A DNA stretch of 64,000 bases. It comes from Antedon mediterranea (taxonomy: Eukaryota; Animalia; Echinodermata). Where the stretch lies: positions 17,245,045 to 17,309,044 of the forward strand of contig NC_092680.1 of the NCBI RefSeq assembly GCF_964355755.1. Reading direction: 5' to 3'. Numbering within the stretch: the stretch's first letter is position 1; each line of letters opens with the position of its first letter. This document shows positions 40,901-53,435 of the stretch, in pieces. The notes beneath the pieces are model-generated. The model was not told where the DNA came from. It was given only the letters and a program-made list of their open reading frames with translations, and made no database searches. Both the position numbers and the translations under genes were made by a program.

Positions 40901-43900
40901 GCTAGGCCTAGGCAGCCAAGCACCAAGCTACACGTACCTGCGCTTCGCTCAAATTTACCGCAGTCATATTTTGGACGCGCCTCAATATTTCGTTGCCATG
41001 CGAAACAGATTTTTTATGGCTTACGAAAACAAATACGTGAGCATGACGTATCCGTTTTCGTTATCGTATCCGTAAGATTGCGAAACCTCTCTAATGACAA
41101 ATCCTCATTCACGAGAAGTACCCAATGTCCCTATAAAATAATGCGTTCTACTGTGTTCATAATTAAATTAGACAGAAGATGGCATCAGACCAGGATGAAA
41201 AATAGCATGTGATATTCTTAGTAATTGTATTGATTTGTTTTAAAATTAAACATGAAATTCCAAGAACAATATGAATTTCCTGAATCGGATTATAAATTGG
41301 ATTAAAATTATGTTCACGTCACTGGAGTAATTCATTAATGACTATGGTATATTAACCATGAAAACAGTACATTAAACTTCATGTGACAACAAATCTGATG
41401 TGCCCATATATGGACATGATGTGTCATACAGTATCACTACCATATTTGGGCACATCACACTTTTTTGTCATATTTACTTTGATAGTGTACAGTAGATAGA
41501 GCATTAAGCTATGAATGTCATATTTGTTTGAAATTGCGGTCACTTACAAACTTCTCAAAACAAACAAAATTTTTAAAAACAAATGAACATAAATGATCAT
41601 AATTGTACAGTAATTATTATGATAGAGAATTTTTTATACCGTTTTTGCTATTTTTTTTCAAAAGTTCATGGCTGCCAGCCACAGAAAATTTGGAAATTCG
41701 GAAAGACCTCCCACAACATTTCGGAAGTAGCCTATTAAGTAGGCTATTTGATGGGCTGTAAAAAGATCATTACATACAGTACATTCATAATTGGCACCTT
41801 ACCCTGGCCATGGGAAAAGAGGTAGCGTGTTCAGCGTGTTGGTTAGAGTTAGAGGTACACACTGGTTCAGATACTACCATTGTGAAATATAATAAATACT
41901 CTTTAAATGATTAAAGTGATTAGATTAGAGTGATTTTAAAAATGCTTAAAAATGTTAATTCTACCGAATTTCACAAACAAAGCAATCAGAAGGAGTCAAA
42001 AGGTCGAAATCGCATGCAAATTTTAAACTTAATGTGACTGAAATTGTCATATAAAGTGTGTAGTCTTCAGGGGAAGTTTAAAGAAGTAAATAAATAATTG
42101 TTGTACAATGATGTTTTCACAGGTAGTGGATAAGATACAGTACTACACAAGATGATCCCATAAAAACATATCCTTTGGGAAAAATCGGGAGTAATGGCCA
42201 TAAATGAACTTTCCATGACTTCTTCTTAATCCTATAAACCACTTTCTACAGTTTCAGATGTGGCAAATTGTTCAATCATGCTTAAAATCAAGACTACAAC
42301 ATGTAACTGGTTATTTGCTGGCAAGGAGCAGACACACTAGGCCCTGATCTTTGTGTCATTGGTACCAGGCTGCCATTTATCAACACATTTCCACCAATGA
42401 TTGATTTAAATTATAACCATAATCAACTCTTACCACAAATTCAATTTATGCTTGCACATTTTAAATTCTTTAATTTTCATTCACTGACGAAAATAACATA
42501 ATTAGCAATTTACAAGAATGAGTATCTACTGTATGACCTTTTCATGACCCCCAACAAAGAAGAAATTCGCTGGCAGTATCGAAATTGCTAATTTACAAGC
42601 TTTATGAAATGTATAGGCATAAAATATTTGAGCAATTTATACAGTAGCATCATTTTCCTTTAAACACTCAAAATAATGTATTTTTGAAAAAATTATTTAA
42701 AAAAGATGAATTTTAAAAAAAACCAAAATAAAATGTAATTTTTTAAATAAGTTATTCGCTTGATTTCACTTCCAATTGATCCTTCTTTCCTTCAAATTTT
42801 CAGGTAAACAATTTTAGTATAAAAAAAACCTTGTTTGAAATATATTTCTTTCTATATTATTTCAATAACTATACACAAGAATTAAAATGTGAATTATGTG
42901 GAAGAAAATCATGATTATTTCACTACTATATGCCTCTCACTCAGGTACACTTCTTTTGTGCGTTGCTTCCAAGGACAACTATATTTGACAATATTTTATG
43001 AAGATCTGTCTTCACTAGATAATATGAATATATAATACAATGTTTGCTTATCTTAAGCTCTGTCTACACTAGTTTGAGTTTGATGTGTCCAAATATGGTA
43101 GTGATGTGTCCAAATATGGTAGTGATGTGTCCAAATATGGTTGTGATATGTCCAAATATGGTTGTGATATGTCCAAATATGGTAGTGATATGTCCAAATA
43201 TGGTAGTAATATGTCGAAATATGGTAGTGATGTGTCCAAATATGGTAGTGATGTGTCCAAATATGGCAGTGATGTGTCCAAATATGGTTGTGATGTGTCC
43301 AAATATGGTTGTGATGTGTCCAAATATGGTTGTGATATGTCCAAATATGGTAGTGATATGTCGAAATATGGTAGTGATATGTCGAAATATGGTAGTGATG
43401 TGTCCAAATATGGTTGTGATATGTCCAAATATGGTTGTGATATGTCCAAATATGGTAGTGATATGTCCAAATATGGTAGTGATGTGTCCAAATATGGTAG
43501 TGATGTGTCCAAATATGGTAGTGATGTGTCCAAATATGGTAGTGATATGTCCAAATATGGCAGTGATGTGTCCAAATATGGTTGTGATATGTCCAAATAT
43601 GGTAGTGATATGTCCAAATATGGTAGTGATATTACATCATCATGTCCACATCGTATTTTTGTTTCACATAAGTTTAATAATGCTGACAATACAAGTTTAA
43701 GTCACTTACCAATATTGTGAACTTGCCACTATGCAACTCCTTATTTAAGTGTTCTTCTGTGGGGACTATTTGTATAAGACATTCCTTATGTCTCAATGCC
43801 TATTAGACATACAAAAAATATCAATACAAGTACATTTAAATGAGTGTTCTTTTAATATCCTTAATAATACAGTATAATCAGATTATACGATCAGATTTTG

Positions 43901-46900
43901 TCAACAAGCAGTCGAGAGTTATGTATAGAAACAAACAATAGCACATTTGTGTCCACAAAACCGGATTACACAAACCAATAGTGGTGTTGGTAGTCTATGA
44001 GTGATAGCTTACCTGAATGAACCGACATAGGCCTTTTCCCCTTCAAGGGGAGAACATAACCGAAAAGTAAATTTTTATTCATGAACTCCCCTCCAAGACA
44101 GTGGTATCGCCCATGCGCCACGCCCTCAGGTGGGCGGCAACGCCCATGCATACCTCACCATTCTATGTCGGTTCATCCAGGTAAGCTAGTCACGTAATAG
44201 ACTTATAAAATATATTGAGCCAATTGGCGAAATCAATTTGACCTTTTGGCCAACTAACTAGACAAAAGATATATGTTATGCTAGTGCGAGCGTAGCATTT
44301 TTTAAAACATTTTTTCAACAGAAACAGATCTACTGTGGTTCTCAAGTAGTTATTATAGGACTGATGCTTGATGAACATCTTTCTTTGGTAAATAGTGCAT
44401 TGTAATTGACTAATTAAGCAATTAAATAACAAACATTCATTCATATAATCTGGTCTCATGACTCACCATATGGTTTTTAAAGAGCTCTAAAGCTCGTTTG
44501 ACGTCAAATTTTCTAGCCATCAGAAAACGTACGGCTATATTCCATGACACAGGAGCGGCACCAAAATTTTCACGTGCCCGATTTAAATGATCAAGAAATG
44601 TTTTTGTGGCCTAAAAAAAAAGAATGATCAGTAAAATATTTCAGAAGAATGATGTTGACATCTTTAACCAAACAAAGATAAAACAAACATGAATAATTTT
44701 CTAGGAAATAAAGTTTATTCATAATAAAACAAAGTTTCAATGCTTTATTTGAATACCGGTGTATAAACATTTTGCAATAATAAAAATAATCTATAGTATG
44801 TTTTTAAAAAAATATTTTTTTTAAATCAATTTCCAGGTAAAAGAATTAGAAAGAAGCTGTACAAAAACAAACAAAAACCACAACACAAAACCATTCTGCC
44901 CATAACAGAGTAAAGGGCCTTTCACACCTGCTCCGGCACGGTTCCGGTTTGGCGACGGCAAATCCAATCGAACGTCAATGTTTCGTTTTCACGCGGCTAC
45001 GCGCATATCGATTGGTGCTTGGCCGCGTGGAGCGTCGTAAAAACGAAACATTTGTGTTCGATTCGCCGGACCGGAACCGTGCCGGAACAGGTGTGAAAGG
45101 CCCTTTACATGGATAGAATGTATTTTGCATATTTATATTTATATTATAGGGGCCCCCATGAACAAGCTATTGTTTCTAATGCGAACCCCAGTTATTGTCA
45201 AATAACTGAATAAATGTGTAGGAATGAATGAATGAATGAATAGTCAAAGGTGTCATGTTGCAAGACAAGAGGTGTAACTGATGAGATGACATACAGTACA
45301 GTAATATTTAATAAACACTTTAAAAAACAATAATATCAGTACTGTAACTACAGTTAACAACATTCAGTTATATTATAACAGTATTATCCACTGTAATAAT
45401 TTCTCATTTTTTCATCTCTTTATAAAATCAAAAGTACTATGGTCAATTTTCAATTGGGGTTCATACAGTAGGTCATTGACCTTAAGGTCACTGTATGCTC
45501 TATTTCTGAGCAGGTTATTAGGATGTGGTTTATCCCCTCCTACTGAAATGTCAAAGTTAACACAGTAATGAGTGAGTTACAGTATTCAGTACACTATGAT
45601 TTCTTGGAAATGTTGCAAATTATCAACCATAACAATGTACCTGTACAGTAGAGGTGGGAGTTCTCCCATTTTTTACATTTTTCAAATTGTTCACCACACT
45701 TATCATAACTTTCTCAATAATATTTTGTGTTACAGTAAGCACCCAGAAGATGCAGAGAACCAGGAACCTTGAATATCATCAGAAAACTGAACATCTCAGG
45801 ATAACAATTACAATTTTTGCGCAAGAGTAGAATAAAATCTTTTGATTCTGAACGGTGATTACACAGACCCAAAATGACTGGTGTATACCCTGCAAATTTG
45901 CAGGCTGGAATTGACACTAATAAATTTGTTGTGTCAGCAAATCAAAACAGCAAAATCGTCAAATGAACATTTATTCTAATATAAGCTGGCCTGAAGCTCT
46001 GTCTACACTATCAAACTTTAAGTGGCAACAAAATGTGATGTGCCCATATATTGACATGATGATGTCATACTGTATCACTACTACCATATTTGGGTATATT
46101 ATCACAACCATGTGATTGAATTGAAATTTATATTTATACTGGGTAACCTCTTCAGTCAAAGACTGGTCTCCCAGAAGGCCCAGTTGGTGATCAGTGGCTG
46201 TGATGTACTAATACACCGGGGTAACCCCCTACTCGTCTCGAAAGATGTACTAGGTTCTTTAAAGTGCACACACATGTTTGGGCACATACAACTTTTTTGT
46301 CAAACTGATTTGTGTAGACAGAGCTTTATTATTACAGTACACTATACAGTACTTTAAAATGCATTCTGAAAGAATTCTGGGGTAGCATAAACCGTGCCTA
46401 GATTGAAATATTGAAAATAAATGAACATAAACAAAACAAACATGTACATACCGTATATTATTTGGTATCTGTAGTACAGTATTCATCAGTATGTTAGTCA
46501 ATGTTTATATTATTTTAAGTAAATTACGATTGAATGAGTCAACATTGTAATCAAAACCAAATAAAAAGTAACAAATCAGAACTTGGTAACTAACTGTATT
46601 CATCCTTTTAATGTTAATAGCTTAAATCTAATAACAATAATTTAAAAACAAGACATCGTCACTTCAGGCGAAGATGTGTACTTGTACTGTAGAGTAATTC
46701 ATACAGATTTACAGTATCAGTCAAAATGTTGTTTTCTGTGCTATTAGTGAGTGGTATGATTGATGATTTAGAACTGTGAAGGAATTGGTTACCTTGGATA
46801 GACCACCAAAAACACTGCACAAACCTCCTCCAAACTAATATGATATTTTTAAAAATCTAATCAAGTAACATTTTCACGATAATAATATTGCTCTTTCTTA

Positions 46901-49900
46901 TTAATCATGACGTCAATTAATCGGATGTGTGAAAATATTATTTTCATCAAAGGCAGCATAGATGGTTATCCTATAATTCTATAAATAACTTTTTAAATTT
47001 CTTTTGTTTTAATTACTGTAAGGTAATGAAAAATGGATATTTATCTATAGGCCCTAAGGTACTGTATGCCATGCCACTTTTAGATGTTTTTGAACTGTAT
47101 TAGGATCAAGGTCATGTTCCTTCTAGTTATCCACAGTACTACAGGACAGTTACAGGACACCTTGAACCTTCATAACATGCTCCTCTTCCTATCAATGGGA
47201 TTTAACTTTAACTTATAAATTATTCAAAAGGATATCAATATATCCTTATCATCACAAAAAATCAAATATTAATATTTGACATTTATGCATTGAATATATT
47301 GAAAATAGCTTTATCATCTCATGATCACGGCGTCAAAGTAGGAGTCTATCTGTCTAATACTGTTCAGGTAAAAATCTATTAAATGGATTGAAGTGTCACA
47401 GAGTACAGTGTCAACAAAATCATTAGTATGTGATTATGAAACTACTATAGTTCTCCCGGATGTTAACCTACTGTAGTACAGTACATGTATATTAAATATC
47501 AAGTTTAATGTTTAATAAAAAAATAACATCATTCTTTGAACAGTTACTAATATATTATTATTAAGTGTGGTTGCCACTAGCGACGCAACGCAAGGACGTA
47601 ACGCAACGCAAGTGAATTGACCAATCACAAGCGATGGCTTATTCGCTTGTGATTGCTTACTGTCTATAACTTCGCTTGTCATTGGTTAAAACGCTTGTGT
47701 TGCGTTTATGTCCTTGCGTTACGTTCTAGTGGGAACCAAGCTTTAGACCCAACAATGGACTACTGTACTACAGTAGTACTGTATGTATGCGTGGTAATTA
47801 ATTTTCTATTTAAAAAGTACTGTATAGAATAGTATTGTTCAGGCCTCGAATTTTACCGCGGCCACCGCGGCCAGTGCCGTCGGTGCCCTCCCAGTTGGCC
47901 TCAATGCCCTCGAAAATGAATAGCACCCACGGCCACTACTGGCCTGCCCTTTTTTTTGCGTTGGCCGCGAGTGCCCTTCCCGAGTTTTACCACAATAAAA
48001 ACCACTGAATTAGATAGAAAATAATGTCAAGAAGATTTGTTTACACGACTCAGACGAGACGCAAAACTATCGCCTGTCTTCGTTGCAAGGGGATTTCCCT
48101 AAACGCATTTATTAATACACAAACAGTAAACAAAACATCGAACATTGCAAAAGGGTACCAAAACAATATCATCCCGGCCGCCGTGCGTGGTAAATCATGG
48201 TATAGATAGTACATCAATATACAGGGGTGTAAACTTTTAATAATCAAGCTAAAAACGTTCCTCGATCGGAGGTTACTGAAAGTATTAAAGTCGCACAATA
48301 ATCGAGCTAGCCGCCGCCTTCGATGAAAAAAATATTACACGCACTCGCTCCTAGCTAGCCTAGCCTATCCTCCCGCCGCCGATCCGGTCGAACACACGCA
48401 ATTCAATGCATTGGGAAAACAATTCTATTTGACGCACACGCACCCTCTGATAAGAAATTTCACACACAAAAAACGTCGCGTGTGAGAGTACCACGCGCGA
48501 AGGATCGGCGGATCGTTGGAAAAACAATTCCTTTTGACGTACACGCACCCTCTGAGAAGAAAATACCATGTGCGTTCCTGCATGGTGTAGTCCATTATAC
48601 GTGTAAAATTAGGGGTGTTTACCTTTAGCACCAAAGTTAAACCTGCACCACAACCCGAAGATCGTTGGAAGTATATCATATTTATATTTTATCGCACCCA
48701 CCTCAATAATCCGGCAGACAGATCATCGAAAAATCTTGTTTAACAACGTCGTACACTAAATTACCAAACGCGTTTTTACCGAATTCAAGGAAATGGTATA
48801 GTCCAGAATACACGTGCCGAAGGCTAAACAGAGAGAGAAAGGGGTCGGTGTCCGTCCGTGTTTGTTATACTAACAAAAAAGCTTCAGAAATCGAAACTCG
48901 GAAAATAACTATAATTTATATTCTACTACATAATGTCATTGGCTTGATTTTTACCGTGGTAAACACTCTGTGTATGAATAGTTGTAGGTAAGGCCTACAA
49001 ACAAATTGTTTTTGTATCATGTTTTCTCCGTCGGCTGCTAGGTTAGGCTGAGTAGCTTGCTGTTGGAAGGGTTTTTATACCTGTTCCGGGCCTTACTTGG
49101 TTGGCTTCACATGCCTTTTTATCGCATTATTTGAAACTAAACGAAACATTCAACACAGGACGGTAAACTATAAACGCTGAACATCGTACCTATTTATTAT
49201 TTATATAGATCGTAAATACACGTAATATTTATATGAAATACAAAAACATGTATTGTAGACAGTCCTACTACTACTCCGCGATCTGATGAATAGGGGGAAA
49301 TCCCAAAAAACATTTTGCGGGTAGAATTTTTTTTTTGGGAAAAAAATTCCACCCTCAACCGGAAAAAAGCTATTTTTAAATTTTGGCCTAGTTATTAAAA
49401 TATTTTTTAATTTTGGCCTTGGTGCCCCTTTGATTTAAAACAAATGGCCTTGGTGCCCTCCCATTTGGCCTTGGTGCCCCTAAAATCAATGAAAACCGGA
49501 GGCCAAATGGCCTTGCCCCTAAAATCCCCAAATTCGAGGCCTGATTGTTGCAATGCTGTACAAATCATACACATAATTCACATAATATAATAGAAGAATG
49601 CCTTAAAGATGTATTGTCCCAATGAAAAAATTATTCTTAAAACAGTTTTTGTTGAATATTCCATTTTAATGTAACATAATAGTTATTTGACCAAAAATTG
49701 GATCGAAAAAAATGTGTTTACCTGAAAAAATGTAATTTAAAGCAAAAAATGGTCAAATTGACTGCCAGCCAATGAATGGATTTTTGGTTGAATTTAACCA
49801 TTAATTTTGTTATTTTACAAGTGAAAACATTACTTTTTTTTCGTTATTTTTCTACGGAAGTGATGTGATGATTAAGTGTGATTTAATTAATCTTCATTTT

Positions 49901-51765
49901 TCATGTTTTTGGGGGACAATACATCTTTATGCTGTGTATACTGTACACTATCAAACGTTATGTGACAATGATGTGACCATATTTGGACATATCACTAACA
50001 TGGGCACATCACATTTTTTGTCAAACTAGTCTGATGATAGTGTAAAGCTTTATGTGTTTAGTTAAAACCCTTTAAACAACAAACCGACTTTATAGTTTAT
50101 GTTTAAGCATCAATATTTTCTCATGCAAAACAATTGAAGAAGTCTAATAAAAGTTTAGTGAAGAAGTCAGTGATATACTGAAGCCTAGTGTTGATACATG
50201 GCGGCCAAAATGACAACCAACTACAATCAGTATTACAGTACTGGTAAAGTACACTAAAAACAAGGCCAAATGATTTATTGTACAATGAATGAAAGATTTT
50301 TTTTTTGTGCAGATTAGAAAATCATTATTATGAAACCTGTCCATGTTACCGAGCACAATGGAATGTGAATTCCACTCAGGATGAGATGAAGTTTTGTCAG
50401 TCAGAATGAAAGACAACATTTCTATATTGTTATTGTATAGAATTTTTTTTTTCGATTTTCTTATAATAGTTTTTTTATATAAAAAGTTTATTAAACACGG
50501 GCACCAGTTCAATGGGTAGGGCGTGGGAATCATTTAAATCGTGTCACTTGAACTATAGTGTAACTTTACCCATGACCTACAACCTTAATCAATCAGTCTT
50601 CATTTTTTGTCAGTGCCACACAATACAGTAGAAACACAGCTGTCCGAGTCGAAAATCATTATGTGCACAAAAATAATGAGTGTACCTGTACATAGAATGA
50701 CTTTTAGACTTGGTGTTGTGTCTATCATTACAGTTCAGTGTTATATCGGTAAGGTTGACCATTCTTAGTTCCTCTTTTATCATTGGCAGAGGCAACGGTC
50801 ACAGTGCATTTTGGCCCCTGATCATACTTCTAAAAATACAGTATTGTATTTCTAAAAAAAGAATTCCTCTACTGTAGGCATTGATGAATAAAGACGATGG
50901 TGAGTAAAGCCATTTTAAACTCACATTCTCAATAAAGATGGTGAGTAAAATGTATCATACAGTAATTTAGGTGGATTACAACGGTGGCTTAAATGATTTA
51001 AGACTTAGGGAAACTAGGCGCACAGTCGACTGTGCCAATAAAACATTACAATGCAATCATTTCGTGATTTAGTGATTAGGTTCGGTTTTTTGAAATTCTG
51101 TCTCTGCCAGGTTGCGTTTGTTGTTTTTTTATTGTTTGTCCATGTATTGGATTGTCTTTTTATTTCGTTTTGAGTAGGAGGCAAAATAAATGAAATAAAA
51201 GTTTGTTTGATTGGCACAATACAAACACAGTACAGTAGGTCCAAAAGTCTAAAACTATATTAACACAATCAAACAAACTTGGACACAAAAATTATCCTAC
51301 CCTACAGACAGAGGCTTGGCCTCCTACAAAACTACATCATACAAAATAACAATCGTAGAACAAATCATTATTAAATGATATTATGATTTAGGAGTTTCCA
51401 GTGATCCCAAATATACAAACAAAGAAAATATAATTCGCATATATATCCTAAATGCAGAGTAAGTTTTAAGCAGGCTCTAGTCTAGGCCTTGTCGTAGCGT
51501 AGCCTGCTCACACACTCTCTTTCTCTGGACACAAAAACCCTCACAAACTCAGAGAGTAGGCCTAGCTGAAGTGCTCAACAAAGTAGTAATAATAAGCCTA
51601 GCCTAGACTACCAAAACTAACGTTAAACAATCTTAAATATTTATAGTATGTCAAGTACACACATAAATATATATCTTACATTTCATATTCAACTTAATAA
51701 AGCTAGAAAATGATAAATAATCAATTGTATACCTGTTCTTCCACCGCAGTCAAGACGGCCGCCAT
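25939..51765 (-). CDS. PTPN9: Tyrosine-protein phosphatase non-receptor type 9 (PTP-MEG2; Sec14/CRAL-TRIO plus classical PTP), 10 coding exons, ~718 aa
   Basis: Exons (minus strand): 51733-51765, 44467-44610, 43710-43799, 36893-37017, 32600-32816, 30212-30927, 29463-29626, 28701-28930, 26582-26789, 25939-26168 (2157 nt including TAA), phase-consistent. N-terminus MAAVLTAVEEQATKTFL..SWNIAVRFLMARKFDVKRALELF; Sec14 motifs TQRNGLVFVYNM, YPARLKRV, LPTELGG; PTP motifs KNRYADV, DYINANYVDG, AAQGPLPNT, KCAQYWP, WPDFGVP, VHCSAGIGRTGTF, QTPDQYEF. Confidence 0.95.
27853..28275 (-). mobile_element. 5'-truncated L2/CR1-group LINE, 3' end of ORF2 plus tail
   Basis: Translates as SHISPVLRELHWLPI..KFKILLLTFK..RTLRSS..GHRSFSFAAPTLWNSLP..FKKLLKTHFF*, typical of the L2-clade ORF2 C-terminus. 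Followed by AGCGCCTTTGA..GACGCTTTATAAAT and (TAA)n. Confidence 0.85.
35076..35246. repeat. Palindromic element with CATAGCATAAAACT termini and internal GTTTCGATCTTTATTTGATC repeats
   Basis: Clear terminal inverted repeats and inverted internal repeats; no matching TSD seen. Confidence 0.6.
37504..37689. mobile_element. Tc1/Mariner-like MITE, TA TSD
   Basis: TA|CAGTCAACTCTCCCAATACCGGAC ... GTCCGGTATTGGGATAGTTGACTG|TA. Confidence 0.85.
39228..39556 (-). mobile_element. tRNA-derived SINE with Nin/Deu-like central domain and (TTCAA)n tail
   Basis: Minus strand: A-box-like AGTGGTCGAGTGGTTAAG, core TCTTCTCAGATAAGAACTATAAACCG..AGGTCC..AAAGAACC..GAGACGAGTATGGGGGTTACCCC. Partial copies at ~46113-46270 and ~27045-27145. 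Confidence 0.65.
40234..40438. mobile_element. MITE, TIR AATCTAACAACAGGA(C/T)ACTGAGCTC
   Basis: 25-bp inverted termini; superfamily unclear. Confidence 0.6.
40586..41092. mobile_element. Harbinger-like MITE with ~48-bp TIRs and AAT TSD
   Basis: AAT|AGGGAGGTTTCGCAACCTTACG..AACGAAAACGGATACGTCAT ... ATGACGTATCCGTTTTCGTT..CGTAAGATTGCGAAACCTCTCT|AAT. Confidence 0.8.
43080..43630. repeat. 21-bp minisatellite (~26 copies) expanded inside a copy of the AAGCTCTGTCTACAC MITE
   Basis: Unit GTGAT(G/A)TGTCCAAATATGGT(A/T). Preceded by the TIR AAGCTCTGTCTACACT (43055) and followed by the normal MITE continuation ACATCATCATGTCCA..CACATAAGTTT. Confidence 0.95.
44005..44188. mobile_element. MITE with TAGCTTACCTG(A/G)ATGAACCGACATAG TIRs (Academ-like TAG termini)
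   Basis: 26-bp inverted termini; flanks GTGA/GTCA. Confidence 0.65.
44914..45104. mobile_element. Harbinger-like palindromic MITE
   Basis: TAA|AGGGCCTTTCACACCTG..CCGGCACGGTTCCGG ... CCGGAACCGTGCCGG..CAGGTGTGAAAGGCCCT|TTA. Confidence 0.85.
47563..47743. mobile_element. Harbinger-like MITE (TIR ~AAGCTTGGTTCCCACTAG, ACGCA repeats)
   Basis: Inverted termini and internal GACCAATCACAAG; a degraded relative is at ~11675-11823. Confidence 0.7.
47840..49543. mobile_element. 1.7-kb non-autonomous DNA transposon, 14-bp TIR CAGGCCTCGAATTT, 6-bp TSD (hAT-like)
   Basis: ATTGTT|CAGGCCTCGAATTT ... AAATTCGAGGCCTG|ATTGTT; subterminal GGCC..TGCCC repeats at both ends; no transposase ORF. Confidence 0.85.
49607..49926. 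mobile_element. Kolobok-like non-autonomous element, copy 2
   Basis: Collinear with 21279-21590; TTAA on the left, TTAT on the right. Confidence 0.8.
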
Positions 51766-52029
51766 CTTGTCTTCAGTTAACATAACGCATGCGTAGATTA
51801 GGAAACTTTCAGTCGATTCTGCTATTATTATAATAATATTGATATCCCTCCTACACTTTGAGGATACGGATTGGATGTGATCGCTCCGCTTATTTCTACA
51901 CAATAATCTTTAATTTGAAAGTAAAGCAATATTTTCGTTGTGAAAGTGTGTTGTTTCCTTGAGACTACCACAATAAATTGCAAAATTTCCCCGTTCCGGT
52001 TAGAGAAAATCACCTTTTGATATCTTCTC

Positions 52030-52240
52030 TTGTGCGTATGATTGATAGTTATTTCTGAACCGGATGTATCAACACATTGTGCTCAGTATCCACTTTTTTA
52101 TCAATCCGGTACTTTACGAACCTGGTGGTTACTCAAGTCAACAAGAACGATATCATCTTAATATTTAGTACACTGTTGAACTCCGGAATTAAAATGTGAT
52201 CACTATCCAATCAATACACGTCATACATTGTGACATGCTC
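52030..52240. promoter_or_regulatory. Probable PTPN9 promoter region
   Basis: CCGGAT/CCGGAA ETS-like sites, CCAAT and a CACGTCA half-CRE 270-470 nt upstream of the ATG; YY1-like AAGATGGCGGC overlaps the ATG itself. Confidence 0.4.
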
Positions 52241-52588
52241 AGAGAGAGAATTCTCCTCCAATTTTTTTTCTTCAAATTTTTTCTTTTAGGCGGACGAACT
52301 ATGGCCTACTAATGTTTGTTACTGAAAAGCTTTCTTTATACCTGTTTATTGTGCAATTCATGTGGGCCATAACGGTAGTAAATTCAACAACAAAAACCAA
52401 AATTTATAAAATACAAACAGTGAAAGGCACAAGCAAAAGCAAAATTACTAATTTTAATTTTCTACAATTCATCATTACTGTTAATCCCCTACAATAATTA
52501 TAGTAATGTTACAATTTTTTCCAGATGCGACGACTAACGTTAGGCGGTTTTTAGTCCATCATAATCACCAATCAGCTTCATATGCTTA

Positions 52589-52848
52589 TGTTATGTCTAG
52601 CTATGGTGCCAGTAGGCAAGATGATACATTTGTTTATCAGTATACACTTCCTATGTTATCAGTTGGTTTACAAATACCACCTGTAACTATACCAATTTGT
52701 ATGAGTCATATAGATAGTAGAATTGTGAATAAAAGAGTTGTTAAAAAGTAGTCGAAGTGAATGCATCTATCTTTGAGTCAGCTTTACAATACTTTACATT
52801 ATATTACAATACATTACTACTGTACAAAGGTACTGGGGGTATATAACA
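52589..52848 (+). repeat. 5' LTR
   Basis: TG..CA termini, contains AATAAA; direct repeat of 59000-59259. Confidence 0.95.
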
Positions 52849-52851
52849 AAT

Positions 52852-52870
52852 TGGCGACGAGGATCGGATT
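52852..52870 (+). other. Primer-binding site, complementary to the tRNA-Ser(GCU) 3' end
   Basis: TGGCGACGAGGATcGGATT, 3 nt after the 5' LTR; metazoan tRNA-Ser(GCU) ends ..AATCCCATCCTCGTCGCCA. Confidence 0.8.
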
Positions 52871-52889
52871 TTAAATTCTAAGTGATACA

Positions 52890-53435
52890 ATGGCTGGAAT
52901 TTCACCACCAGTACCGTTTCTACCTACTCCAGGCAAATCAACGTTAAAGTTTGAACAATGGTTTGAATTTTTTACAAATTATACTCTTGCGTCTGGAAGT
53001 GACCGATGGAATGCTGAAAGAAGAAAAGCACTATTACTACATTGTCTTGGTACTGAGGGTCAACGTATTTACAGCTCTTTACCAGAAAGAGAAATTGATC
53101 CAAATGATGATGTTAATTCATATGATGCAACTGTTGCCAAATTGCGGGCACATTTTAACCCAAGATTAAACGTTGTAGCGGAAAGATACAAATTTCGTCA
53201 ACGTAGACAACTCCAGGATGAAACATCAGATGAGTACGTAAGAGAACTTCGACAATTATCAATTTCATGTAATTTCGGTGTAATAGCTGATGAAATGATA
53301 AGAGACCAGTTAGTTGAGAAAACTAATTCTTCCCGTATTCGCGAAAGATTACTTCTGGAACCTGAACTTACATTAAATACTGCCATAGAAATTGCAAGGC
53401 AATGCGAACATGCTGCAAAAGAATGCCAAATAATA
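52890..53435 (+). CDS. Gypsy gag, N-terminal (capsid) part, truncated by insertion
   Basis: RRKALLLHCLG, ERYKFRQRRQ..ETSDEYVRELRQLSISCNFG, MIRDQLV..IRERLL are typical retrotransposon Gag motifs; the frame runs into the inserted element and stops at 53462. Confidence 0.85.

Noticed and set aside
43044-43720. Three ~210-aa heptad-repeat ORFs
   Set aside because: Translation of the 21-bp minisatellite inside a MITE; intronic.
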